DNA of 64,000 nucleotides from contig CAVTLK010000004.1 in the NCBI GenBank assembly GCA_963735595.1, positions 224,001-288,000 on the forward strand, written 5' to 3'. Each line of letters opens with the position of its first letter. The first letter of the stretch is position 1. The translations under genes were made by a program, and so were the position numbers. Origin of the DNA: an uncultured delta proteobacterium. GTDB taxonomy: Bacteria > Desulfobacterota > Zymogenia > Zymogenales > Zymogenaceae. Positions 1 through 11,110 of this stretch are shown here, one piece after another. The notes beneath the pieces are model-generated. The model ran no database searches. It saw only the letters and a list, made by a program, of their open reading frames with translations, and was not told the origin of the DNA.

Positions 1-99
1 CGAAACGTACGAATTGAGCCAGGGCATTTTCTTGGTATCCGTTTTTACGGATTGCCCGGCGGCCTGCTTTTTCTTTTCGGCCTTTGGGTCTTTTGCCAT
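1..99 (-). CDS. 5' end of a probable long-chain acyl-CoA ligase (runs off the window)
   Basis: ATG at 99 with a GGAGG RBS. It reads MAKDPKAEKKKQAAGQSVKTDTKKMPWLNSYVS, the same Lys-rich leader plus PW..Y start as the ligase at 376-2095. Confidence 0.6.
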   Translation of the reverse strand, partial: MAKDPKAEKKKQAAGQSVKTDTKKMPWLNSYVS

Positions 100-145
100 T
101 GAGAACCTCCTATTATGTAACGAAACCGGAAAAATCCGTGCGTAT

Positions 146-161
146 TGTAATCTAAATTACA
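146..161. promoter_or_regulatory. Candidate operator palindrome TGTAAT-N4-ATTACA
   Basis: Perfect 6-bp arms in the AT-rich spacer upstream of the ORF starting at 99. Confidence 0.3.
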
Positions 162-375
162 CAAAAAGCAAAGCCTTTTTCATATAAACCACCGGGGCAT
201 AGAGGGAGTGGATAAAAATACGCCGTGAGCGGGAGCGACGCAGGCATCCGGTCTGCGCCGCCGGCGCGTCTCTTCAGTTTCAGTCTGTGGCGGGGCTTGT
301 TGATCGGTTTTCACGGGGAGGGAATGGACTCCCCGCGGGAAGACCGGATCTTCCCGCGGGGGTGTATGTCGTGCT

Positions 376-2095
376 CTATTTCTTCTCTTTTGCCATCTTT
401 TCCACTTCCATCTGCCTGAGCTCCTTTCTGAGGATCTTGCCAACGGCGCTCTTGGGCAGGCTCGGGACGAACTCGATGATCCTGGGCACCTTGTAGGCGG
501 CCAGCTTCTGCTTGCAGAACGAGATGATCTCGTCTTCCGTCGCGGTCTGGCCCTCCTTGAGGACGACAAAGGCCTTGACGTTCTCTCCGCGGTAAGGGTC
601 GGGGACGCCAATGGCGCAGCCCTCGGCCACCTTCGGGTGCTCGAAGAGTACCTCGTCGATATCGCGCGGGTAGATGTTATAGCCGCCGGCGATGATCATA
701 TCCTTCTTGCGGTCGACGATGGAAATGTAGCCTTCCTCGTCCATGATGCCGATGTCGCCCGTATAGAGCCAGCCGTCCTTGATGGCGAGCTTGGTTTCCT
801 CGGGCTTTTTGTAGTAGCCCTTGGTGACCTGGGGCCCCTTGACAATGACCTCACCCGGCTCTCCGAACTTCATCTCCTTCTTACCGGTGTCCAGATCGAC
901 GATCTTCACGTCGGTATCCGGGATCGGCAGCCCGATGCTTCCGACCTTGGTCTTGCCCCCGAAGGGGTTAATCGTGGCGGCCGGAGATGTTTCCGAGAGG
1001 CCGTAGGCCTCGCAGATCTGGGCTCCGGTCGTCGATTCGAACTCCTTGATCGTTTCCATGGCCAGCGGCGCCGCGCCGGAGAAGCATCCCTTGAGGGTGG
1101 AGAGGTTATATTTCTTTATGTCCGGGTGCCTGAGCATGCCGACGAACATCGTGGGGACCGCCGCCATAAACGTCGGCTTGTATTGGTTTATGGCCTCTAA
1201 AATCGCCAGCGGTTCCGGGCGCGGGACCAGGATGACGTTCCATCCCATATACATGGAAAGGTTCATTACGGCGGTCATCCCAAAGGAGTGAAAGAAGGGC
1301 AGGATCCCCATCTGGATCTCCTTTCCCCTTTCAAAGGACGGAAACCAGGACCGGATCTGCTGGAGGTTGCAGGAGAGATTGGACTGGGTCAGCATGACGC
1401 CTTTCGAGACGCCGGTGGTGCCCCCGGTATATTGGAAGGTGGCAAGGTCATCGAAGCCTATCTTGACCTGCGGGGGATTGGGCTTTGTGGACTTGATCAG
1501 GTCGACGAACTCATAGATGTCCGGCGACGGGGCGATCTTGACGAACATCCCCTTCTTGACGTGGGGGAAGAGCTGCTTTTTCGGGAACGGGAGGTAGTCG
1601 TTGATGTGGCAGATGATGATCTTCTTGACCTTTGTCTTCGGCTTGAGCGCGATCATCCGCGGCGCCAGGAGGTCCAGCGTCACGAGATACTCCGACTCGG
1701 AGTCGTTGAGCTGGTGTTCGAGCTCTCGATCGGTGTAGAGGGGATTGTTAAGGACGAGGCTTGCCCCCGCGGTCATGGCCCCGTAATAGGCGATGACCAT
1801 CTGGGGGATATTGGGAAGCAGCGTGGCTACGCGGCTCCCCTTCTTGACGCCGAGGTCTGCCATTGCCGTCGCGAAGCGGTCCACCATATCACCGAGCTGG
1901 GCGAAGGTGATGACCTTTCCCAGGTACGTGAGGGCCTTGTGTATCGGGAAATTCCGCAACGGTTTTGCGAAATCCATCGGGCAGCGAGACTTTCTGGTAA
2001 TCAATAGTCCGGGGAACGCCTTTTGGGTAGAATTTAAACCAGGGTTTGTCGACGGTCTTCTTTGTTGTTTTGTTCTGACTTGCCTTTTGCGCCAT
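376..2095 (-). CDS. fadD: Long-chain-fatty-acid--CoA ligase (one frameshift near 1940)
   Basis: Motifs YTGGTTGVSKG, YGLSE, TGDIG, DRKKD and PKSAVGK. The N-terminus MAQK..KPWFKFYPKGVP is in another frame with an RBS at 2101-2106. Confidence 0.9.
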
Positions 2096-2328
2096 GTTTA
2101 TCCTCCTTAAAGTATTAAATAATAGATAAAAATGGATCGTCATGTAAAGAACGAACGGAGTCACCATACGGCGGCGGGCATCGCCGGGGTATCAACCCGA
2201 AAAGTAAATCGGAAAAGAAACGGTCCTGTTTTGTGAATCAACCGGTCGCGATTACCGTAGCGGCCCGGGACTTTTTTACGGGAAATCCCGGTCGAAGTCG
2301 TTAATGCTCAGGGCCGATGAGGGTCAGA

Positions 2329-2842
2329 TTACAGCGCAAAGGTTACTCGAATGAGATTGCCTTCATATGATATCTTCAGGTCGCCCGGTATTGTCTTCTT
2401 GAGGATATTAAAGGCATTCTTGTTCTCGTCGAGAATCAGTGCGGTCATTTCGGCGTATTTGTTTTCCTTGGCTATCTTGACGATGTAGCGAAACAAGGTC
2501 GGTGCCCAGCCCTTTGCCCTGCCACTCGTCCCGGACGGTCTCGGCGAGTTCGAGGCACTTTTCGTTATCGTCCCAATCGTAACGGGCCGCGCCCACTATC
2601 GCGTCCTGGTAGATCGCCACGATAACCATCGATTTTTCGTAATCGACGGTGGCGAATTTCTGAACGCGGTCGGTGCGGGCCTCCTTTTTCGGAATGAAGA
2701 ACCGCAGGTACTTCGTCCGTTCCGAGAGACTGTCGTAGAAATCCTTGACCAATCCCGTATCGGCGGGCAAGACCGGGCGGAGAAAAAGTTCTCTTCCGTC
2801 CTTCATGGTGAGGTACGTTTCGTATTTTTTCGGGTACTCCAC
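2329..2842 (-). CDS. GNAT acetyltransferase resembling the GNAT domain of Pat-type protein acetyltransferases (frameshift near 2500)
   Basis: LSERTKYLRFF, VDY and the acetyl-CoA motif WQGKGLGT. The shifted frame continues LFRYIVKIAKEN...RVTFAL*. Confidence 0.8.
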
Positions 2843-2990
2843 GTTCCCGTCTCCTCGTCATGGATGGTAACGGATTATGGTCTGTTTTATAGTACATTTT
2901 GTATAATTGTAAACAGTTTTTCTGATCGGTGCCCGTGGGGAACGAAACATAGAACGGAGCGCGGCGCGGATAGCCGTGATCTAAATTAAA

Positions 2991-3019
2991 TTGACACGCG
3001 ACTCTCGGTGAGCTATATA
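2991..3019 (+). promoter_or_regulatory. Sigma70-type promoter
   Basis: TTGACA-17 bp-TATATA upstream of a GAGGAGG RBS and the ATG at 3059. Confidence 0.6.
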
Positions 3020-3058
3020 TATAGAATAAATTACCGATATGAGGAGGTTACCAAGAAC

Positions 3059-3450
3059 ATGTCCAAGAAACTCGTTATTCTATCGCAGTGATGGTGGCAC
3101 TGCCGGCCGCCGTCTTATTTGTCTCGGCCTGCACGCCGTCAGGCCCGGCGGGTCCTTCGCTTGCTGTCGACAAGAGCGTCTACGCCCCGGGGAGACGATC
3201 ACCGTCACCTTCGCGGCGCCGGCGGGTCTGCCGCACGAACGCCTGGGTGGGGATTATCCCTTCCAACGTGCCCCACGGAGACGAGGCCCAGAACGACAGC
3301 TATGACCTCACCTACCAGTACCTCAACGGCATGACTTCGGGCATGCTCGTCTTTTCGGCACCCACGGTGCCGGGTTCGTACGATTTCAGAATGCACGACA
3401 CGGATAGTAACGGCAAGGAAATCGCATCGGTAACCTTTACGGTTCAGTAG
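3059..3450 (+). CDS. Small lipoprotein with an Ig-like beta-sandwich (several frameshifts)
   Basis: Lipobox VSAC. Joining the frames gives DKSVYAPGETITVTFAAP...AWVGIIP...PGSYDFRM. Confidence 0.6.
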
Positions 3451-3461
3451 TTGTTGTCTAC

Positions 3462-3497
3462 ACCCGGGGACGAATATCGTTCATCCCCGGGTTTTTT
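3462..3497 (+). terminator. Rho-independent terminator
   Basis: ACCCGGGGA...TCCCCGGGT stem followed by a T-run. Confidence 0.7.
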
Positions 3498-3609
3498 CAC
3501 CCGCATAGCCCCCTTGCCCCCGAGACGCCCCCCCGCTTGAGATGGTTTTTCCCTGGGCCGAAGAGCTTTTCCTTGCCGATGGTCGGCCAAATTGATATAA
3601 GTAATTTCT

Positions 3610-4779
3610 ATGCAATCAAGACACGGGTCGATTCTTTTTCCCATTTACCTGTCGATGGGGGTCCTGGGGCTTTCCCTCGGACTGACGCTGCCGCTGCTTT
3701 CCCTTTCGATGAAAGCGGCGGGAGCCTCCGCCAGCGGTCGTGGGAACGAGCACCCTGCTGCAGTCGCTGGCTCCTTTCTCGCCTCGATAGTTTCTCCCGT
3801 GGCCATCTTCGTGATCGGTAACAAACGGGTGTTGGCGGCCTCGCTCTTGTTGTGCGGGATCACTATCGGGCTCTATGCCACGGCGGCCGATATCCCTTCC
3901 TTTTTTATCTTTCGGATCTTCAACGGATTTGCCCTCGGGTTCATCTTCGTGGCCACCGAAGCGACCCTGATTGCCGAGAGTCCCCCCGAAAAGAGATCGC
4001 GGATCATGGGGATCTACATGATTTCCCTTTCGGCGGGGGCGGCCGCGGGACCGATGATCGGCTTTCCTCTCTTTGGGATAGGGGCAGCACCTCCCCTATA
4101 TCCTGGCCGCGCTGATATGCGTGGTCTCGCTGGGGGCCGTGTTGTTCCTCGTCCCGGCGGTCTCGATTCCGAAACGTCCCGACGGGGGTCGCCTTTCCGA
4201 TTATGCTCATTCTCATTCCCCTCGGTTCGTCATTTCTCTTCGGGTTCGTCCTCGAAGGGACCCTGTCGCTGATTGCCCTCTACCTCAAGGAGTATCGGGC
4301 TTCGTTCCTTCCAGATGGGGATGGTCGTGACGTCTTTTGACCTGGGCGGAATAGTACTCCTCTACCCGCTCATGAAGTTTGCCGACAGGTTCGGAAAGCT
4401 ACGTTTTATAGCACTGGCATCTTTTGTATGCGGAGTATTCTTTTTCCTGGTGCCGTCTTTTCCGTTCTTTATCATGCTCGCCCTGTTGACGTTTATCAGC
4501 GGCGGCGTGGTCAATGCGATCGTATCCGGTGGGAATGGCCATCGTCGGAGACGAACTGAGTCGAGCCCCATTATCCGCGGGCCACCTCGCTGCTGTCGGC
4601 GGCATTCTACGGCGGGGCAATCCTCGGACCGTTTTGTTTGTCGCAGGCGATGGACCGACTCGGGTATGACTTACCTCTTCTACGTTGCCGGGGCGATGGT
4701 CCTCCTGTTTACGGCTTTGCCCCTTTTTTACGCGTGGGGAGACGGCGGTAATACGGCGGGGAGGCCGGGCTACCGGTAA
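3610..4779 (+). CDS. MFS transporter (multiple frameshifts)
   Basis: Hydrophobic helices spread over overlapping ORFs; FRIFNG, PPEKRSRIMG and ADRFGK loop motifs. Confidence 0.75.
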
Positions 4780-4786
4780 ACCGCTT

Positions 4787-6862
4787 CTAGCCGCGCGGGT
4801 CTTCAAGTTTATCTGATAACGTCCCGACCGTGGCCGCGTGCCGCTGCTTCTCGATCACGAACAACAACTGGTCTTCCTGCACCGTTTCGTTTAGCTTTGA
4901 TACAGACCTCGGCGATCTGACCGTCGATGGGAGCCAGGATGGCATTTTCCATCTTCATAGCCTCAAGGTTTGCTATTTCCTCGCCCTTACGAACGATGTC
5001 GCCCGCCTTGATGGCGCCGCGTTCGGGATTGCCGATCCTCCAGACATTGCCGTTGATCGGCGCACCCACGTCGGACGGCCTCTTTGCTATTCGGATCTCA
5101 ACTTTCTTCGCCCGCGGCGTAGCCACCGTGTACATACGCGTCCTGTTGTTCACCCGCATCACGACATGTATAAATCCTTCGTGCTCAGCGCCGATCGAGA
5201 CCCGCTCCAGGGAATAGGGTTTGCCCCAGAGATCGAAGTTAACCCGGTCGCCCGGCCGCTTAAGACCTTCGCGCCAGACGTCGGTAGGGAGCACGAACGG
5301 CGCATCGCCGTACCGGTCCCGGAACGCAAAGTACTCCAGCGCGTCTTTCGGGTGCATTAGCCAGAGGACAAATTCCTCGTCGGTGACGTACCTTCCCAGG
5401 TTTTCCGAAAGCTCCTGGCGCAGCTTGTCCAGGTCGTCATTCGGGACCGATTCGAGCGGGGATAGTTCCTTCCGCTTCTCTGATCTTCGACGACCACTCC
5501 TCGCCGAATGCGCTACGATATACCCAGTCCGCCGGCCAGCCGACCGGCAGTCTGCCGTAGTTGCCCAGCAAAAGGCCTTTGAAAGTCTCCAGGCGCATTC
5601 CTGAAGAGCATCAGCAGCTCTTCCTGCTCCTCGCTCGAAAGGGCGGCCAGATCCTGATCCTTCTCTTCGATAAATTTGACCATGAGGGCGAGGATATGCT
5701 TGACTCCCGAGTCCCCGCGCTCCTTGGCATAGCGGTTAATGATCCCGCTGCACGTAACCCAGGTGATCTGGGAGCCCGGGGTGACGTCGAAATATTTCAC
5801 GATCCGGTTGTACAGGGACATGAACTTCAGCACTGCAGGCATAAGGTGCAGGAACTCGCCTCTCTGGGCCTGTTCAAAAGAGCTGGGAAATGCGCCGCCC
5901 GGCATCTTGTGCTGCGTTACCGTGTGATCCAGCCCCTTGAAGGGCGACTCGGCCCAGTCATAATGGCCGATCCATTCGCGCACCTTCTGGACCGCTTCCT
6001 CCGCCTTGGTCCGGTCGAGGTGAACCGGGATGCCCATCTCCTCGAAAGATGGCATGGACGGCGAGAATGGGCGAGTGTCCGTAAAACCGGACCAGCGAAT
6101 CCTCCTGCACGTCGACGATCTGGGCGCCCGCCTGGCCGCGGATAGGAGGGCCGGGATGGCGAGGCCGTCCGTGATGTGCCGGTGGTAATTAATGACCAGG
6201 GTCGGGTATGACTGTTTGATCGCGTCGATCAGGTTCCCGATGCGGGTGACGTCGCCGACACCGGCCATATCCTTAATACAAAGGACAATCTCGTCGACAC
6301 CGCCGCACAGGTCGATGATATCCCTCACCACCGTAAGATAGTACTCGTTCGTCGTCCAGTCGGCGCTCGTAAACGAAATGGTTGGTTCGAACAGCCGGCC
6401 CCGCTTCATCACGACCTCGGCGACACTGCGCATGTTACGCACGTCGTTTAGGAAGGAAAAGCACCTCCATACATCGATGTCCACGTGCGACACGGTGTAC
6501 TCTATCACGTTCTTCGGATAGGGACGGTAGCCGAAAAGGTTGGTCTCGCGGATGAGCGTCTGCAGCAGCACGCTCGGCATGAGCTCGCGGAGCAGCGCGG
6601 TCTCCTCAAACGGGCTCTCCCTACGGTTCATGATGCCCACGTGCCATCGGGCTCCACCGTGGCACTCCGCGCTAAACAGCCCCATCTTTTCGTAATAGGG
6701 GGCCAGGGTCTTGAGGTCATAGATCCGGAGGCGGTTCTTGAAGTCGGACTGTCCCGCATCGCGCATCCCAACTGAGGTCAGGAATACCTTCTTGCTCGCC
6801 CGGAGGGCCGTGATGATCTCATTGGGTGACATGCCCGGTCTGACAATATTCATGTTGGTCAT
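4787..6862 (-). CDS. pycB: Pyruvate carboxylase subunit B-like carboxyltransferase plus biotin carrier (frameshifted)
   Basis: RDAGQS, KDMAG, MPGG and VTPGSQ motifs; C-terminal EAMKME biotinylation site. Built from ORFs 5513-6949 and 4809-5357. Confidence 0.75.
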
Positions 6863-6957
6863 CGCTTCCTCATGGAGTTCGCGAAGAGAACGGGGTGAGA
6901 GGTAAATAGAAGGCCCTCTTGTTCCTCCCCTTTCCGCGCTACTCCTCATTTATCTCC

Positions 6958-8415
6958 TCACATCCATTTCTGCGGTCCCAGGGCCGATATCTCGGCCACG
7001 TACCGCGCTATTTTCAGAACCTCGTCCTCGCTGCTCTTTTCCCGGAACATGGAGATCAGTTCGTCCATGTGCTCCTCGATAAACCGCGTGGAGAACTCAC
7101 CGGAGATGAACGATGGGTGCCTGATAATGCTGAGCAGGAGCGGCTGCAGCGTTTTGACGCCCTCGACCCGGAGGTTCCTGCCGAGCGATCGGTCCATGAC
7201 CCTGATAGCGTCCCTGCGGTCCGCGCCGGCGGTCATGAGCAGCATAAAGAGCGAATCGTAATACGGAGGAATGTCACCGCCTTCGTATACGCCCGTCGAC
7301 ACGCGCACATTCGGCCCCATAGGGATCTGGAAACGGGTAATCGGGCCGAAGGAAGGGTTGAAGCTCTTCGGGTCCTCTGCGTTGATCCGGGCCTCGAGCG
7401 CCCAGCGGTTCGGACGGATCGCAGACTGCTTGAACGGCAGCTTCTTGCCTACTGCGGTGTCGATCATAATACCCACGATGTCCAGGCCGGTGATTAGCTC
7501 GGTGATACCGTGTTCCACCTGCAGCCGCGTGTTCACCTCGAGGAAGTAGAACTTGCGTGTCGCTGAGTCGAAAATATACTCCACCGTACCGGCCGTGGTG
7601 TAGCCGATCTCGCGCATGAGACGAGTGGCGGTGGAGCAGATCTCGTTTCTCAGATTCACGTCGAGGCTCGGCGACGGAGCCTCCTCGATGATCTTCTGGT
7701 TCCTCCGCTGGAGCGTGCACTCACGTTCATAGAGGTGGACTACATTCCCGTGGCTGTCGGCCACGACCTGGACCTCGATGTGCCGCCCCCGCTCGATATA
7801 TTTCTCTACCAGGATCGTATCGTCGCCAAACGATTTTTCGGCCTCGGACCGTGCGCGGGCAAGGGCCTGCGGAAGCATCTCATTGTTTTCGACCTTGACC
7901 ATGCCCTTCCCGCCGCCGCCCGCCGCGGCCTTGATCATGATAGGATAGTCCACGCCGTCCTCGTTCACCCACGCTTTTATCTGTTCAATATCCGTGACCG
8001 CGTCGATGCCCGGGATGGTCGGCACGTTGGCCTTCCGCGCCAGGGCCTTGGCCTCGATCTTATCACCGAGCATGCGTATCACCCTGGGAGATGGGCCGAT
8101 CCAGACGAGCCCTGCATCAATCACCGTCTGAGCAAAGTCGGCGTTCTCGGCAAGGAAGCCCCAGCCCGGATGGATGGCATCGGCCCCGTTGCGGAGCGCC
8201 GCCGTGATCATCTTTTCCATGTTCAGATAAGACTCTGACGGCGGCGCCTCTCCGATGGGGACTGCTTCGTCGGCCATGAACACGTGATGGGAAAGGCGGT
8301 CGGGGGTACTGTATACGGCGATTGTGGGGATCTTCAGGTCCCTGCACGTATGCATTACCCTGACCGCGGGGACGCCACGGTTTGCGACCAATATCTTGTT
8401 GATCGTCTTTTTCAT
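6958..8415 (-). CDS. pycA: Biotin carboxylase (pyruvate carboxylase subunit A / AccC family)
   Basis: ANRG, HPGWGFLAEN, GGGGKGM, RECTLQRRNQK, EVNTRLQVEH, RINAEDP, YYDS. Confidence 0.88.
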   Translation of the reverse strand: MKKTINKILVANRGVPAVRVMHTCRDLKIPTIAVYSTPDRLSHHVFMADEAVPIGEAPPSESYLNMEKMITAALRNGADAIHPGWGFLAENADFAQTVIDAGLVWIGPSPRVIRMLGDKIEAKALARKANVPTIPGIDAVTDIEQIKAWVNEDGVDYPIMIKAAAGGGGKGMVKVENNEMLPQALARARSEAEKSFGDDTILVEKYIERGRHIEVQVVADSHGNVVHLYERECTLQRRNQKIIEEAPSPSLDVNLRNEICSTATRLMREIGYTTAGTVEYIFDSATRKFYFLEVNTRLQVEHGITELITGLDIVGIMIDTAVGKKLPFKQSAIRPNRWALEARINAEDPKSFNPSFGPITRFQIPMGPNVRVSTGVYEGGDIPPYYDSLFMLLMTAGADRRDAIRVMDRSLGRNLRVEGVKTLQPLLLSIIRHPSFISGEFSTRFIEEHMDELISMFREKSSEDEVLKIARYVAEISALGPQKWM

Positions 8416-8576
8416 GACCTGTCTCCTGCGATTCCCGAGTAAAAAAAACCTTTACCTGATAAAGAAGCAAAAAGCATCTTCACCCCGGTAAAGGTCTTGT
8501 CTTCAAATGACGTCGAACAACTGCAGCATCCGGTTATTGGGGTTTTGACGGTACCCGGTCATTCCGGACTGTCTAA

Positions 8577-8605
8577 TAGTATCTGAATCGGGACGGCTTT
8601 GTCAA
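8577..8605 (-). promoter_or_regulatory. Sigma70-type promoter for the carboxylase operon
   Basis: Minus strand TTGACA...TACTAT at canonical spacing. Confidence 0.5.
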
Positions 8606-8919
8606 CCCATAAGTATGAGGACTACTGCCCGAGTGGGGCGATCTGTCCGTTCGCAACGGGGGATCATTCGTAGGAGCGGTTGTATCCCAACTGAACGAAC
8701 ACCCCCTTGGCGCGGCAAAAGCCGCAACATTGGCCAGCAATCCCTCATTAGAAAAAGTCTTGCCCGATCCGCCGCCGTTGGGTCGTATTTTAGCCGAGGA
8801 CGAAGCTCGGCAGTAGCGACATCCCGCTCTTCTTGCTCAGCTGCTTGGTGCGTCCCTGTTTACGGTGCCACATCTCTTCCGGGTATTCGTCAGGCCGCGG
8901 CAGGGCGGCACTGCCCCGG

Positions 8920-9748
8920 TCAGCGGATCTTTCTCCGGATCCTGTCGAACTGCGCCGTATTGTTGATGAGCCGTTTGGTCGGCGGGAGCGCGGCTATCTC
9001 GCGCTCAACCGTGGCAATCCTCCCGGACGTCTCGGGGTGAGTGGAGAATAGCTCAGTCAGCAGGCTGGGCTGGCTATCCTCCATCTCCTGGAGCTTTTTC
9101 AGGAAGCTCGAGGTAACCGACGGGATTATAGCCGGCGGCCCGGGAGATGTGCACCGCCCCCCTGTCCGCCTCGCTCTCGGCGGTGCGTCCGTATGACAGC
9201 AGGCCGAACGTGGAAAAGAGATCCCCCGCTATCTGCTGCCACTGGGGGGCGTCGCTGCCCAGGACGAGATTCAGCAGAAACGAGATCCCGTACATCCTGG
9301 TCAGTTGTTTGGTGCCGTCCCGATTTACGGCGTGCGCCATCTCATGGGCAATGACCCCGGCAAGCTCCGCCTCGGTGTCCAGCCGCTTGATCAGGCCGGA
9401 ATTGACGTAGACGTAGCCGCCGGGTATGGTAAAGGCGTTGACTTCGTCGTCTTTGACGACCTTGACCGTCAGCGGGATACCGGCGTTGTTGGGGACGTAT
9501 CGGGCAATCCTGCCGCCGATATCCCTGACGTAGCGCTGTACCTGCCCGTCAGAATAGAGCGGGTGCTCCTTTTCCACCTCGGCCGACATCTCGGAGCCCA
9601 TTGAGATTTCATCCTCGACGGATATGAAGTTGAAATCCCCGAAATCAAACTCCTGAGCGCGGGCGGAAAAGGACGCGATAACCGTCACGGTCAGGATTAC
9701 TACGGCCGACACTATACTGCCGGCTAAGGTTGTCGGGTGTCGTTTCAT
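8920..9748 (-). CDS. M48-family metallopeptidase, exported (frameshift near 9100)
   Basis: NAFTIPGG, HEMAH and ESEAD. The shifted frame supplies FSTHPETSGRI. Confidence 0.85.
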
Positions 9749-9773
9749 GGGTTGCTCCTGCGGAAAGGGCTTT

Positions 9774-10892
9774 TCAATAGACGAGGAACGGCAGGTCTTT
9801 CAGGCGTATCAGCTGTTTCACGTCGAAATCATCCCTGGATTCAATCAATGCCGTAAGAAGACCGTGTTTCGCCGTTACCTCCGTAACGGTTAACAGGTCG
9901 GAAAAGGGGACAAGCCGTGAGAGGCTTTTCCCCCGTTTCAACCCCTCGGCGAGGGGCCGGACATCGTTTTCGGCCGAGGTCTCGTCGGGATAGAGTATCA
10001 GGAGCGTCAGCCGCTGGCGTTCCCTGTCGGGTGCGGGGCTGATCGCGAATACGAAGTAGGTATAGGGTGAGAGACGGTACCCGGGCAACCCCCAGTCCTC
10101 GGGACTGCGAATAAACAGAGAATCCTCACCGTAGAGCTCGTCGGTCCTCAGCCCGCGGGAGATGTAGAACGACGATTCCCCCTTGAGCCTTTCGACCAGC
10201 CCCATAACGATCGGGTCTTCGTCCATCGTGCCGACCTCTATCCAATCAATATAATCCTTGAGGAGCCGCTCGGTAGGGGCCGACGCGATGATATCAGGCT
10301 CGACGAAAGTGAGGTTGGCGAACGTCAAAAACAGTCCTCCCTCAGCAGGCGCCTCCGACCACGGCAGGGTGTAGATCTCGCGTCCGCGGTAGTTTTGTGA
10401 CCGATAGCCCGCCTGCGAGAGGCGCGTACGGATCGTGTCGGTATCGAAATCGCCCGAGACGAGCGTCAGTGAATATGAGGAGGTCCGGGCCACAAGGGTA
10501 ACGGAAAAATCGCTCGGGTCAAATCCGAGGGGCGTCTTGTCCGAGACAAGAAACGAATATTCCCCGGCGGAAAAAGTGAAGGGATCAAGCTTCGTAAAAT
10601 AACCAAGCTTGTCTTCCACCGACGATGTGTGATCGACCGCGGCCAGGCCCAATAATTCCCGGGCGACCGTGAGGTTTGAGCATTCGATGGAATCAAAACT
10701 GCGTTTCGGAAGCAGGCCAAAGACCCGCTCCACGTCGCCCCCGGAGTGGCGGCAGCCGAACAGGACGAGCAAGATCATACAGACGGCGGTAATCGTACGG
10801 ACCACGCGCAGAACGGACCCGGGCCGACATCCCCTCCGAGAGACGGGGCGGTGATACCGATACGCCGAGAAGACCTGGTTGCCGCAGTACAT
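9774..10892 (-). CDS. Hypothetical lipoprotein (true start probably downstream of the ORF start)
   Basis: Long ORF with the lipobox-like stretch ILLVLFGC; no family recognised. Confidence 0.55.
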   Translation of the reverse strand: MYCGNQVFSAYRYHRPVSRRGCRPGSVLRVVRTITAVCMILLVLFGCRHSGGDVERVFGLLPKRSFDSIECSNLTVARELLGLAAVDHTSSVEDKLGYFTKLDPFTFSAGEYSFLVSDKTPLGFDPSDFSVTLVARTSSYSLTLVSGDFDTDTIRTRLSQAGYRSQNYRGREIYTLPWSEAPAEGGLFLTFANLTFVEPDIIASAPTERLLKDYIDWIEVGTMDEDPIVMGLVERLKGESSFYISRGLRTDELYGEDSLFIRSPEDWGLPGYRLSPYTYFVFAISPAPDRERQRLTLLILYPDETSAENDVRPLAEGLKRGKSLSRLVPFSDLLTVTEVTAKHGLLTALIESRDDFDVKQLIRLKDLPFLVY

Positions 10893-11110
10893 TACGTCGT
10901 GCCTTCAGGTTAGGATCATGGATTGTCTCTTTTTTTTCGGAGAACAAGACCTGGGAACGGGTACTGACTCATTAAATGGTAACATTGCCCCGGTAACCCG
11001 TCAACACCTATTTTCTTCGATTTCTTACGGGGGGCGTCGGTTTTTTTTTGACAAAGCGCCGCGCGAGGCGATACCATACGGGGAAACCTGGCAGGACGAC
11101 GGCGGCGAAA

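Noticed and set aside
376..9748. Calling the frameshifted genes pseudogenes or programmed frameshifts
   Set aside because: Motifs are intact across the joined frames and the indels are scattered, which fits sequencing error better.
9814..9829. parS-like TGTTTCACGTCGAAAT
   Set aside because: The right arm is degenerate and the site lies inside a CDS.
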